Source of the DNA: Xylographa opegraphella
Taxonomy: Eukaryota
Assembly: GCA_022813865.1 (NCBI GenBank)
Contig: JALDZX010000030.1
Coordinates: 1 to 64,000 of the forward strand
DNA: 64,000 nucleotides
Reading direction: 5' to 3'
Shown one piece after another: positions 1 through 12,453 of this stretch (its first letter is position 1; every line of letters begins with the position of its first letter). The notes under the pieces are model-generated. The model was not told where the DNA came from. It saw only the letters and a program-made list of their open reading frames with translations, and did not search any database. A program made the position numbers and the translations under genes.

Positions 1-461
1 GGGTAAAGGCATGCCCCCTACAACCCGCTTCACCTTCTGCGAGCAGTCGTCGCCCATTCGTCAAATCTTAGCCTTCGGCAGACCAATCAGATGGCTTAGA
101 AAACAACTTTGACAACAGTGGTAGCGATGGATTTGAAAGTAATAGAAAGGAAGGCGATAATGGGTTTAACACAGTTTGGGCTAAGAGACCACTGTCACCA
201 TAGGGACTGGGCATTCGTTTGTCTCATTAAGAAAAAGGACTTCTTTCTAGATATAAAGCCCTCTTTTGAGGGGGGTAGTATAACGATTATGACATCAGTC
301 ACAAGTAGTAGGGGTCGGGCTGGATCAGGACTAGCACCTTGAGTATATAGTCTTGCCCATGGAGCAGCCTCANNNNTTCTCCATCTTAATCTGGGTTGAA
401 ATCGTCCACCTAAAGCTTACGTTCTAGGCGTGCTTGTGTGATGAGTTGATGAGCCGTAACA
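1..461 (+). mobile_element. 3' end of an LTR (Gypsy-like) retrotransposon: polypurine tract plus 3' LTR (~279-461)
   Basis: GAGGGGGGTAG tract at 268-278 is followed by TATAACG (TGTAACG with a RIP-type G>A). The segment ends CGTAACA at 461, a near inverted repeat of that start. TATA-like GAGTATATAG at 341. nnnn gap inside. Confidence 0.6.
373..376. other. assembly gap (nnnn)
   Basis: Four N bases; the true LTR length is therefore unknown. Confidence 0.99.
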
Positions 462-830
462 TTATCTATATAGTTAGTAAATAAAATTTTCGATAAATCG
501 ATTAAAGTCGATATTACAAAAATATAAATATTATTATTATGATATAATTTTTATTTGATTTAAACTTTATGATATAATTCGATTTTTAAAGTAAAATAAT
601 AAATTGATATATAAAATTTTTAAAAAACGATTTAAAAGCCCGTTGAATTTTTATTTTATTATTGGAATATTTTGATAATTACACAATAATAATTTATAAA
701 ATTTTAACAATGTATAAAATATACTCGAATTTATTGGAATTTAATGATTTTAATATATTTTGATTTGCCGTTATTGCGTAACAGCGTATAAAGGTGATTT
801 TTAAAGGGTTTAAAAATTTAAAAATTTAAA
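462..830. repeat. very AT-rich, RIP-like degenerate repeat relic
   Basis: Abrupt shift to extreme AT content, TpA-rich with residual CpG, no ORFs; a second CGTAACA at 777-783. Confidence 0.65.
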
Positions 831-1100
831 TGTTCCGTTGCTTGATTTTCGCTACAACTTTTCGCATATCGAGGTAATCATTCATCGATGAAGCTACCAC
901 TGGGGAAACTCCACACTGAATTAATTCTCACAAGCACGTCATTGTTATCGCATCAGGTGGTATTCTCTCTCTATATTGTTCTTTTACAGACTGGATATTT
1001 AGAGATAATTAATTTCCCAGCGCCTATCTGATCCATCTCAACTGGTCAACTGTTTATACACGTCCACCGAAAGCCACCACCCGATATCGCACTTTCCATT

Positions 1101-3407
1101 ATGTTCAAAAAAAAGCCCGGTGTTAGTTGTCACTCGACTTCGCAACGATGAGTCTCACTTACAAAGGTCAAGTTGAAAACACTCTCTCCGCTGCGCTCTT
1201 CGGACCGCCGGAAAATCACCGATCAAATAATCGCCGAATATCACCTTCAAATAGTACAGGAAGATGATGAGAATTCAGATACTGATGCACAAACGAGGAA
1301 CTCGGCAGGCATGAATGCTTTACGTAGCTCACTGTTACCAGATGGATCGCTATCAGCAAAGTTCTCAACAACGACAGGGCCAGATTCGAAGATTTTGAAT
1401 GGGATTGTGTACATTGGCGCCAGACCGGACGAAGACCAACGAATACTGTGGTTTAAGATCGGCGAGAAAATATATCCTACCGGTCAAGGTCTCCGCGCGG
1501 CTTTTTTACTCCTTTTACTGACACACCACCCAAGTCTACACGCTCTGGAGGAATCCGAAGATTATACCTTTATTACATACACCGGATGTTGTACTTCGCA
1601 AGATGCGTGGAGGAGCAGACCTGATGATACCTGGATTAGTCAACGGCCCACCATTCCCCCCCAAAGCTAAACGAGGATCCACTGTCGCTGTGGCAAGTAT
1701 TGAACTTCCAACGGTACCATTGGTGGTAGGTATCTGCGAAATTGATGTATGTGCTCTATCCAACGTCCAGGGGGCTAAAGGTCATGCGGTAAGAGGGCTT
1801 CACTGGGATGGTGATGGAATTTGGGGATGGAGTCACGGAGGTAAACCTGGCGGTTCTGCTCCTAGTGTTATTCATCAATGGAATATTGCAGAAGATATCT
1901 CAAGTCGTGCTCTGGCCGAAGGAGTTGCAGTAATGCATGTATCGCAAACTGGGGCGGATCTTTTCGAGCAGGACGTGCACGCTGAACCTCGAACTCCGAA
2001 GACGGGAGCCGATTATGATACTTATGTAAACGGTGAAGACGGCACTCCTTTGGAGGCAGCCTCTGTTCAACGCGAAGAATTTACCTTGAAAGGTATTTGG
2101 TGCAACAAGCGCCACATAGATGCATATTTGTTGACATAGAATGTCAGAGGTTGATAACGCCTTTCGAAATGCCTTTCTATTCGCCATGCATCAACATCTA
2201 GAGACACATCCTGGTGACGTGTGCCACGGTCTTGACTTTCCAATTTCACAATCTCTATTTGTCTCTAATCTTATCTTACCTTTTCTTCCTACATTTACAG
2301 AAAAGGACGCGAATGCTCTACAACTCAGGAAAACCAGCTGGAAGTCAGCAAAAAAATTCATCAAAGCACTGGAGAAAGAAAAACTTTTAAAATCGAAGGA
2401 CAGGAATGGTAGTGAGACAGTGATTCAAGATGTTGACTTCGGACATCCAGCGATATCGACGTTCAAGCCATATGAATTGCCTCAAAAAGATATTACTGTG
2501 ACAGATAGGGGTAGTGACGGTCGTGGTAAAAGAACTGCTGCATTTGCAACTTCGAGTAATGACGAATCTGTGGGTCAGCATTTAAAGAATCTCAGTCTGT
2601 TAAAACCAAAAGAGAAACTGGCGCCAATCTTTAATGCTGCAGGCTCAAGTATAAACTCATTTTATATACCCGCTGAACTACGCTCGATAATTACTGCTTA
2701 CATCGAATCTGAGAATCTGGTTTCCACTACTAATAAGCGCCTGGTAAATCTCAACCCAATTCTGGCAGATTCTGTCTTTGATGGCCAGTCATCCATGGAC
2801 CGAGAGGTTCTTGTCAAAGGAACAGTTCCTAGGGATGCCCTGTATGTATTAATTAGAAGTTTCCTTTACTATCAATGCGTAGAGAAGCACTTCTCAGCTG
2901 TAATAGAAATTCTCGGAGTAATGCCTGCTTTGGATATAAGTGAAGAACTAGACGCACTCACAAGACCTCTTGCTTTAACTCCAAATCCAACCTCATGAAG
3001 ATACTACTAACTTGACGTCTTCGACTAGGGTTGACAGGATTACCTTGGGTTGCGCTCATTACTGGGCGATCCTCCGCAACAACGAAACCAGAGATCAAGT
3101 GAAGCCTAAAGCTGGGCCCGCACCGACTGTTAAAATAATCATCGAAACACGGTCAGGTAATAAAACTGTTTCAAAGGTCTCAGGAATGGAGGTCTTCCAC
3201 GTGAGCACTCAGCAACTAGCAGACGAACTCCAGAAGGCATGTGCGAGCTCCACAACCATCAACCAACTGGTAGGCGGGAAGGTAGGGTTCATGGAAATTA
3301 TGATTCAAGGCCCTCAAAAAGATATCATAATCAAAGCGCTTGACAGGAGAGGAGTAAGCCGAAGCTGGATTGAGGTGCTGGACAAAACTAAGGCAAAGAA
3401 GAGGTGA
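1101..3407 (+). CDS. TMA64: eIF2D/ligatin (Tma64-like) translation factor, PUA + SWIB + SUI1 domains, 5 exons
   Basis: MFKKKP..LSPLRSSDRRK N-terminus, GGADLMIPGL (PUA), TSWK-KKFIK, C-terminal SUI1 (ETRSGNKTVSKV..KACASST..EIMIQGPQ). GT-AG introns near 1122, 1483, 2093 and at 2842-3028. Confidence 0.9.
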
Positions 3408-3898
3408 TCGTGATTCTAGACATGCCAAATGGCATTCGGTGCCTTTGCAAACATCTACTATACCTCTACGAACAGTACAGAGCGCGAAGCCCTGGATGCA
3501 CAGAGCCTAAGCGATGAGAATCGAAGAGAACCATGGGTGGTATTCCAAAATAAAGTAGAGGCAATTAATGTTTGAATGTGCATATGAATGAAGGCCATCA
3601 GGCCAAAGTACAGCCTCGAGCCATACTACATAGATTTCTAGCGATTCGCGGACAGGGCTCCCATATAGGTCAATTCGAATATAATGGATGAGTACTTTAT
3701 GTTCGAATGATTTGATATTTAAAACAATAAACCACCTATCAGGCTGAGAAATGTACACTTAATGAGATGATATATATTCAAAACAAACCTGGAAATGCTG
3801 CGAAGCTGTTAGCATCGGTCATTTCGTTGACTACCGCACAGTTTCGCGGTACTTTAAACAAGTCGTCCCGGCCGGTCATGCGATATATGCAAAGGGGC

Positions 3899-5014
3899 TC
3901 AGGGTAAATTTGGAGGTCGTGGATCGCCCTTCAAGGATTTCTTCTTGTGTTCTTCCTTTTTAGCCGATGTCTCTGCATGTCCTTCCTGCTTCTTGGACTG
4001 GATGTTTCCAGCTTTCCTATCGGCCTCCTCCTGATCATGTGCCGCTTCTTCCCTTTCCTTGATTTTGCGTTCCTCAGTCTCAATCATGTCTAGTGCCTGT
4101 TATTAATTGAACGTATCCGGTGTGTATAGCCGTACCTCTCCATAGATCCTCTCCTGCATAACTTTCGTGATGGATCTTTTTCTCAATCATGTGCTTATGC
4201 GTAGGGTCATTCGGATCAAGAACTTTTACTGTTTCCCATCGGCCCGTACCTTCATTCTTATCGCCAATTTCGAACGCGGCCGTTGCGACGAGAACGGCTA
4301 ATGTTAAGCCTTGCGCATACACACGAGCCTGCACGATCTTTTGTGACGTTGAGAGATATGGGTTACGACCAACAAGAGCCATGGCGATTCCAAGGGAAGC
4401 AACCCATGAGGCTCCCACTATTGGATATCGGTTCTCTTTGCCCCAATCCATCACCCGTTGAGTCATTGATTTGCCCGCCTCTATTTGCAGTCTTTCTCTT
4501 TCTGCTTCGTCTTTATACGAATCTTCCGGATGTCGGGAGGACTCAAAGGCACGTGAGTATTTATCAGCCGAAATAATTGCTACGACAACCTGGTCAACTT
4601 CATATCTTCATCGTTCGCAGGTAAGATACTTGTGGACAAGGCCATCGACTCATTCATAGGTGGTTTCAAATTTGTCAGATAGCACGCTTATCATCTTACA
4701 ATGTCTCTCGCACAACGTAATGCTCATAGATATCTCACAGCTAAGGGGCTAAGCTCAACATACCAGCAAAAGTGCCCGAAGAGGTAACAAGGAATGCCTT
4801 GAGCGGTAGTGTAAGAGATCGGAAAGCCGGGTATCGTCTTGTAGCACCGTATACACCAGCTAGACCTAGGCACAGCCCGGCCAGTCCGCCGCCAATACCA
4901 CCCTGAAGAGTCGCACTACACACCAGTCAGACTCATGGACACAACGGAAATTGGCTAAGAGAGCAATCCGTACTTGTAATGCGCCTGTTCTTCTTCCTTG
5001 GTAAGTATTTTCAT
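3899..5014 (-). CDS. RCF2: respiratory supercomplex factor 2-like HIG1-domain mitochondrial protein, 4 exons
   Basis: MKILTKEEEQAHY start; NRYPIVGASWVAS and QKIVQARVYAQGLTLAVL (HIG1 motif); canonical introns. Confidence 0.88.
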
Positions 5015-6263
5015 TGTGTGCAAAAGTGAGGCCTCGATGCTTGAGTGAATTGAGAATGTGCTGCAAACGGTACGAACGATCACTTCAAGGGTAAAGACCA
5101 AGCATAGCAGACGATACCATGACAGCACACGTGAGCCGAACCACTGTATGAGTAAATCGAAAACTCGAATGTTGAGGTGACGTCGGGAGGTGACGTCGGA
5201 TGCGATACAGAGCCTTAGGAGCAGGGGGCTCGGGCCATATCTGTGGGTTGACAACCCGCTTCGCTTCAGATAGCTACCTACTCCAGTATCCCAAAAGCCG
5301 GTGCTGATTTTGGAATGGAGTCTGTATAGCTGATGGCCATGGCTAGTCACGAGTCATTGGACTGTTAGAATGTACCTGCGACGGAATGGAAGCCGTTTTT
5401 CATCAAACTTGCACGATCAGCTGACTCTTTGGGGCGATTCCACCACCGCAAACTCTCTATCATGGCACCCGGAGTAGACCTACTTCTACAGAGTCTCTGG
5501 CAATCACCCTGTTCATCTGTGACCAGAGTCTCTATCGCCATTGTAACCATACTCCGTACATTGAACCTATCCTCTTGCAGTGTTTCCGAATCGACAGCCG
5601 GGAGCGTTATCCTTGGCACCGATAAGCTTCCGTCGGCTTGCCGCCGTTTCTTTACCTGGAACTCTCCGTGTTTCTCTTATATGCGCTTCCATCAGAACCA
5701 AATGCATCCGATATAAAAGTACCCTGCCGGACCCTACGCTCGTTGCGACCCGTTGCCTTCGGTCAAGCCTCCCAAGAGAGCTAAACGACTGTCTGGGTAT
5801 GCTGCCCGTGCCTGGCCGATGGTCCAGGCTGTACCTCCATGGATCGGAGATGCAGTTTCCAAGCTTCCCTCCGGGAGACGACCTCGCCAACTAATCGTTC
5901 ACCCTTTTGAATTGTTTTCTTCTAGGTGATCGGACGGAGAATAAGGATCTGTGTTTCATCGTTCTCTTATGAAACGCCTCGGTTCTTTTGCCGTCCAAGT
6001 TGAGCAGCCGTATGCATGCCATGTATTGTGATGGGAAGTATTTATTAGTCCCCAGGCGATTTTCATTTGCTGCTATATAGAAGCTCCCTCTCTCGCGCCT
6101 CAGTTGCGCGAATCTCCCGAGTCACTCGTTTCTGTATACAGCAAGTCCTCCCATTCCTTCGTTGTCTTTCTTAACAGCGCTACTTTTTTGGCGTTGCGAT
6201 TATTTGCCGCGGCGTCATTGATCTCACTTGTTGGTACTTCTTACAGCATATTTTGAAGCAATT

Positions 6264-7637
6264 ACGCTGCCGTTAACATGCACACTCAGGATTTGTATCT
6301 CTGTGGCCGCAACACTGTTGGGAACCCGGGTAGTTGGCCATGGCATAGTAACTGGTGTTGTTGCTGGCGGAGCATACTATTCAGGTTATGATCCATCCTT
6401 TCAGTTCACCAACCCTTGCCCCATAGGTACGTCTTTGTACTGGTAACCAGTATTGTTCGCTGAGTTCTAACATGTCATAGTTGCGGGATGGAGTTCTCCA
6501 GAAGATTCATCGCTCGGATTCATCAGTCCTAGCAATTATAGCACTCCGGAGATAATCTGTCACCTAGGAGCTACCCCTGGTGCCACATATGTTACTGTTG
6601 CAGCTGGTGAAACGGTAGAGTTACAATGGTCTGTATGGCCGTCCAGTCATCACGGTCCCGTTATTGATTACCTCGCCAACTGCAACGGGGATTGTGTAAA
6701 TGTCGACAAAACAACGCTCCTATTCAACAAGATTGATGGCGTGGGGTTGTTAAGCGATACTGATACGCCTGGTTACTGGGCTTCAGATCAGCTCATTGCT
6801 AACAACAACAGCTGGACTGTCACCATTCCTGCCACTCTCGCCCCCGGTAACTACGTACTACGCCACGAGATCATCGCATTGCATTCTGCTGAGAATACCA
6901 ACGGAGCTCAGAATTATCCTCAATGTGTGAACCTCAAGATCACGGGCACCGGTACTGACGGCCTTTTCTCCGGCAGCCTGGGGACTAGTCTATACATTTC
7001 TACTGACCCAGGTGTTCTTTTCAATATTTATACTTCACCCCTTTCTTACAGTATACCTGGTCCTGCTTTGCGTATCGGCGCTGTTCAGTCCACATCGGCT
7101 GGAGTACCCTCAACACTCGTACCTCTTGCGAATCTCACTAGCACGTCTGAGCCTTCCGGCATGCCTTCATCATCAGGCTTGACCACCATACCCTCCACAT
7201 CTATTACCGGAAGGGCCACTCCGGTTGGCTCATCGGCCATTGAAACGTCAGCTACATTCACATTACAGACAATGGCAACTGTTACAACCCTAGCGTCAAC
7301 GATGATTCCACTCATTGTATCCGAAACCTTGTCCAGTGCCGCTGCTAGTCTGGCGGATCCACTGCCTTCGGCATGCTCGAACATAGTTCCCACAATTACC
7401 TCGGACATAGCGCTCGTAACTGCCCTGAAAATAGCACTGGCACCCACTTCGTCGGATGGTTCCTCGGTCAACGCAAGCTCTTTTTCGCCGGATATACCTT
7501 TCCCGACGGCTCACACCCTCAATGAATTCTTAGCCTGGCTTCACAGTGTTGCCGCACATTCGTTCCGCTCTGGACAAGGTCCCTCCCTAGAACATGTTAA
7601 GCGGCATGCCCGGTCTGTCCGTCTCTATGTTGAATGA
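6264..7637 (+). CDS. AA9 (GH61) lytic polysaccharide monooxygenase with S/T-rich C-terminal tail; start codon abnormal
   Basis: Signal-like peptide then His1 (CAT 6339). Intron 6427-6480. [29 protein letters not shown] and GAQNYPQC motifs intact. No in-frame ATG; start placed tentatively at ACG 6264. Confidence 0.85.
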
Positions 7638-8118
7638 AACATGTGAATCCAATGTGTGTATCGTTATTAGTGTTCTGGCTTCTGCAAAGTAAGGTGGAAT
7701 TCTGAAAGACATCAGTCCGTGTATATTCGTCTTGTCCTACTTCACTGTTGATTAGTTTGTATGTTGATACATATTTAGTACTTTATTTTCGGCTCAATAC
7801 AAAATACAAATTTTGTACCCTGTTCATGAGACCGGTACAATATCAAATCTCTTACAGACCCCAACCTGCATATTGCTAATATATTTGACTTACTGTCTAT
7901 TTCAGCCCAGGAGCCGCGGCCTAGTGAGATTTGAGACCAAGGTATCAGGGTCGCTTATCTTCTTTGCGGCATTATGAGGGTTCGTAATATTTAATAGCCT
8001 AGTGATGCATAAAAGTCTGCTTGAAGTAATGGCAAGGGTACGGAGCATTGGAATACGACCGATCCGCCACGGCGGCTCAAAGCAGTCCGCCACGCAGTGT
8101 CCCAACGACCTTCACTAC

Positions 8119-10361
8119 CTAGGTGTATACCATGAGAAGTGTGCATGGGCTAGTCTGAAGCCTTTTTACTCCTGAGTCAGCGCCGCTAGTAGCTCTAAGA
8201 GTAGGTTCACCGCGGTCGGTCTTCCACGGCTCAAGCACGCTGTCCGAGTAACGTCGGCCATTCGTCGCTTCATATTTTTCAATCTCTGAATTGGTGCTAG
8301 CCCAATGCTGCACTGTACTCAAGATCTTGTTGCCATTAAATTACACCTTAAAAATTTATCATCGACACCTTCTCAGATAGTCCGGTAAACGTTGGATCTA
8401 GTCAGCCGCTAGTTCGTTCCGGGACCGTTCGTCGTTGAAGATCATGGCCTGGATGCTGACAAGAACTTGGAACATGGTCGACTGCCGAGGTTGCCACTGC
8501 TCTTCACGTTGGCCGGGCCTCGTTCCCAAAAGACTCAGGCATACTGCTTTCTGTCAGCAAACGATAGGGGATACTGGGCCGCTGACCCACCATTTCCGTC
8601 ACGGTGAAGATTGGGGTTGAAACGGACCCGGCTGTTATCATGCGTCAAGAACGCAACCTTAGGAGGCCCATACGGATGATCTTTATCGCAGAGGATGTCG
8701 AACCTGGTCGATGTTGACCTAGGTGTCGTCTTGAGTAGATATCTGGGGTAAGGTATCTGGGACAAGTTATTCGGGGTACCGACTCGAATATACCTCCTTC
8801 GTACGGAGTATCGCTCGGTTCAATGATCAGGCACTTCATCACATCCGGTCGTTCTTCCTGCACATTGACGAAGATGTTTTCCGGCAGCGAGGTAGTCATG
8901 TGGGCCAGCTCCATGGTGATCTTGCGAAGACGTTGTCTTGGGGATGCTCTGATGTGCTGTACCATAGACTGGACTCGCGTGCTTGCCATTACACCATTGG
9001 TGTACTCTACTTGATGAGCTGCGTTGTACTCGGCCCAATCAGCGCTGGAGCTCGGAGTCTGCGCTACCCTCGATGTGGCACCTTCCACGAGTTCCAGCTT
9101 TAGAACTTCATAGAACTGAGTAACACGCCTTGCCAAAGCCAGCATGTCTTGCCCGGAAGCATCGGCGGAACCTTTCTTGGATACTTCGGACGCCTTGATC
9201 AGCGCCGACGATTGCTTGTTTAAGTTCTCCAACGACTTGGAGACGGGACAGTGCCATTGTATCTTCGGAGCGCTCCACCTCCAGCAGTTGTACTTCTTCG
9301 GCCGCACCTTTGCCCTTGCCTTTAAAAAATTGGTTACTGTTCTGGTCTTGATCTGACCTTCTGCTGGATAAGACTGCCAGGCCAGGACTCCCCTTTTTGG
9401 CAAAACGAGTTTCGGTGACCAAGGACCGGGTATGATTGTGGGTGCCGATCTTCACTACAAACGCCAGTAACGAGTGATAAAGCTTTCCACGCTTGGAAAT
9501 ATCGGATAGAGAATCATTTTGTAGAAGCTGGGCGGCCTGGTCCTGGAAAAAAACTCAATTTGATCATCGCACACAGGCCCTCTGGTGAGCTTTGCCATTC
9601 GCGCAGCCGAAGAAGCTCCGTAACGGGTCTGAACAGAATTTGACTCGTGTCGTCTGTCTGCCCATCGGCCTTCTTCAAGTCAATAACGCCTTGAAGGACG
9701 GGGTAGCCAAAGCTATCAAACCGGGTTGCGTACGACATATGATTGAGGTGTCTATGACCACCGCTATAGCCGGTCCTTTTCGGTTGTGGACCTTTATGAC
9801 CATCGTGTCCTTCTACCGCTTTCGTTCCGCTGGCAGCTTGTGACTGCACCGTCAGCTCAATACCATCGTAGGTACATAGCAGTATCCAGACCGAAAAGAG
9901 TCGACCTTCCCAGCAGTACCCGAGCTTATAGCCATCAACAACAAAGCCTTTCTTGGCAGATGAGGGTTCTTTACCGCATCCGAGACAAGTCGATGATCTG
10001 CATTTGGTCCTCGGATATGTCGCTGCGGACAGTAACGGCTTCTCAAATCTTGTGAAGACCTCGATCCATGTCCGCCCGCACGTCTCGGTAGAGAATCCCG
10101 GTAGTAACTGGTTCCGCAGTTCTGGTAACGTGTTTCCATGACCGTACGACCGAAAATTTGCACGGCATCTAAATCGCCTAGTATTTCGCGCGCACATTTA
10201 TTGACATTGCTCGACGAGCCTTGTTCTGCAGCAGATCCAGACTGCGTTTCACCACAGGCGTCGTTGATATCCAATCGTGAGATCATACTTTGCTCATCTA
10301 CGATGTCCTGAACGACATGTAGTTTCGAGGGACGCATCATACACAGGAATGTCCTGAGCAA
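8119..10361 (-). pseudogene. frameshifted large ubiquitin-conjugating enzyme (UBE2Z/BIRC6-like E2) pseudogene
   Basis: UBC motifs: LPENIFV..EERPDVMKCLII.PSDTPYEGGIFE, YGPPKV..VRFNPNL, VCLSLLGT..QVLVSIQAMIF. The N-terminal part switches frame about three times and there is a premature TAG after the UBC domain. Confidence 0.8.
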
Positions 10362-11029
10362 TCTTGCTAGAAGGACCTAAGTGAACTGGCTCGCCAGAAG
10401 TATGTAGTTCTCTACGTGCTTTAGACATGATGATCTGCCTTGATATACGTCTCTATGACCCAGCCAAATGTGGGTTTGCACTTGCCGCCTTCAATTACTT
10501 CAAAGTTTCCTATGCAGATGTGATGGATAGGACTTGTCGTAAGATGCATTGCACTTCAAAATTTGGAGAGAAAGGTGCATGTGAGAATTTCAGGGATGAA
10601 TCCAGTAAGTTAGGGAACAGTTCGGGTTATAGCAACGACACAGACAAGCAATTCGAATATATGCCCGTAAAGAATGAGTCTAATAGCTGCGTGAGACAAT
10701 TTTATCATTCAAACCCACGACAAGAACAACGGTTGAGAATGATTATTCAACATAGTCGCGTTGAGTCAACCACGTGAACCGTGATTCAAGTATCACAATT
10801 GTTTCAAAAGCCGTCAGCTCAATAGGTCATATCTTTGAGATGCAATACCCTGCGATTTATCACCCATTCCAATCCTATGAAAGAGATGAGGTAATAGGAT
10901 CTTGTCGATCTCGATGAGAGAACGATATATCTCGATGATTGGGGAAAAAGAATGAATAAGGCTTGGTCTAGTTTATATCAAAAATTATATGAATATGTGG
11001 AAGTATATAATTTCTGACGGCTTCCAAAC

Positions 11030-12453
11030 TCACAAAATTGCTGTGGCATTCGGAAGTGAGCTGACGCCACCTACCTGAGGTTAGCATACTGAATTGTAAC
11101 TGAATTGTAAGGAGTATAATTAGCATACCATTGCAATTGGCCGGAGCACTGGTAACGAAGAACATCCATCTGTCTTGTTGTCTACACTTCTCGCTCAATT
11201 TCTCCAAATCAAACATTTCGCCCAGTGGGCAACCCCACAGTGCCAGCAAATATTCATGAAGATGGTAAGCTATAGAATCTCATCAGCTTCAGCCAATAAC
11301 AGTGGTGGAGGTTATTTTGCCTTCTTGTGTCGGCCACGCTTCAAAAGTAGGAGCATCGCCAGCAACGGCAGCGAAGTAGCAATCATGAAGCCAGTCGAGC
11401 ATCGTGTCACCCTGTGCTATGCCTGCCCACCTCTGAACCGGATCCGATCCACCCTGGTGTCCTCGCAACGCCAAACTTGCACGCTCGTCCGCCGGCTTGC
11501 TGTTGTAAGCTTCTACGAATCCAGTCCTGATCAAAAGGATGTCCCCGATCCTGATGTGGCCGCCTTGCGCCTCCGGTCTGATGTCGACGCCTTGGTCTTT
11601 CCCGCATCGGTAGAGCTCTTCCCATGAGATGCTGTAAGTATCGTACGGATCATATGTGATGCCCTTCTTATTGGCGTAGGTTCGGTAATCGAGAAGGACG
11701 CCGCGTCCGGCAATCCCATGCTCGGCCCAGTGATGTATTGAACACTTATCGTTCGCCTGCTCACCAACAATATCCTCTCCGTGGGTATCATTATAAAAAG
11801 TGCCGCCACTAGCAACATGGGCGAACTGTTCCCTCTTGAGTTATATGACCGAGATCCGAAAAGCAGCAAGCTCTCACATGTCTAAATCCATCCCATTGTG
11901 ACCCGGACTGGGTGTTCATTGAGTCTAAAAGGGCTCAGCCAGCTCCGGATACCCAGGACATGTGAGGCATACACAGATCGTCATACACGTAATTCTTTAT
12001 GACAGTCTTGATCGTATGCTGAAAAATTTCGCGACCGAAAGCGGGAGTCTCTGGGAAGTGCAACGGGAGACTGATACGGCTGTGATTAGCCACATATCGA
12101 ACCCTAATATTCACTCAGTGCCGCACTTCAAACAGATCGTTTCACCGGTTCGAATCTCCGCGGCGGCAGCCTTTACTCTCGTAGGGGTGAGTAGGTTAAG
12201 GCGTCCTATCTAGCACACGTTAAGTTTCAACACGGTGTCCATTGAAGCCGGCCTCGAACCAGCATACATTGTCATCTGGTCCCCATACCCAAGCTGCCCC
12301 AGGTGGAGCCCCGGGAATCTGGGGAACTTCCTTTCTCGTAGGAAAGGAGGTGCAATTAGGATCAAAAGGTATGGTGGTAGCTGTGCTGCCTGAAGTTATG
12401 CAGTCCTTGACTTGCGAGAGCCGCCTCTGAGCGGTCGAAGCGCTGTCTGACAT
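11030..12453 (-). CDS. putative cyclase-family (kynurenine formamidase-like) metal-dependent hydrolase, multi-exon
   Basis: Spliced translation gives AWVWGPDD, MNTQSGSQWDGFRH, GIAGRGVLLDY, GDILLIRTG, AVAGDAPTFEAWP, GEMFDLEKL and GGVSSLPNATAIL*. Confidence 0.85.

Noticed and set aside
5365..5894. Several overlapping 84-107 aa ORFs between RCF2 and AA9
   Set aside because: No recognisable motif or splice structure; consistent with a divergent promoter region.
12140..12165. GGTTCGAATC resembling a tRNA T-loop
   Set aside because: Lies inside a cyclase coding exon; no cloverleaf.
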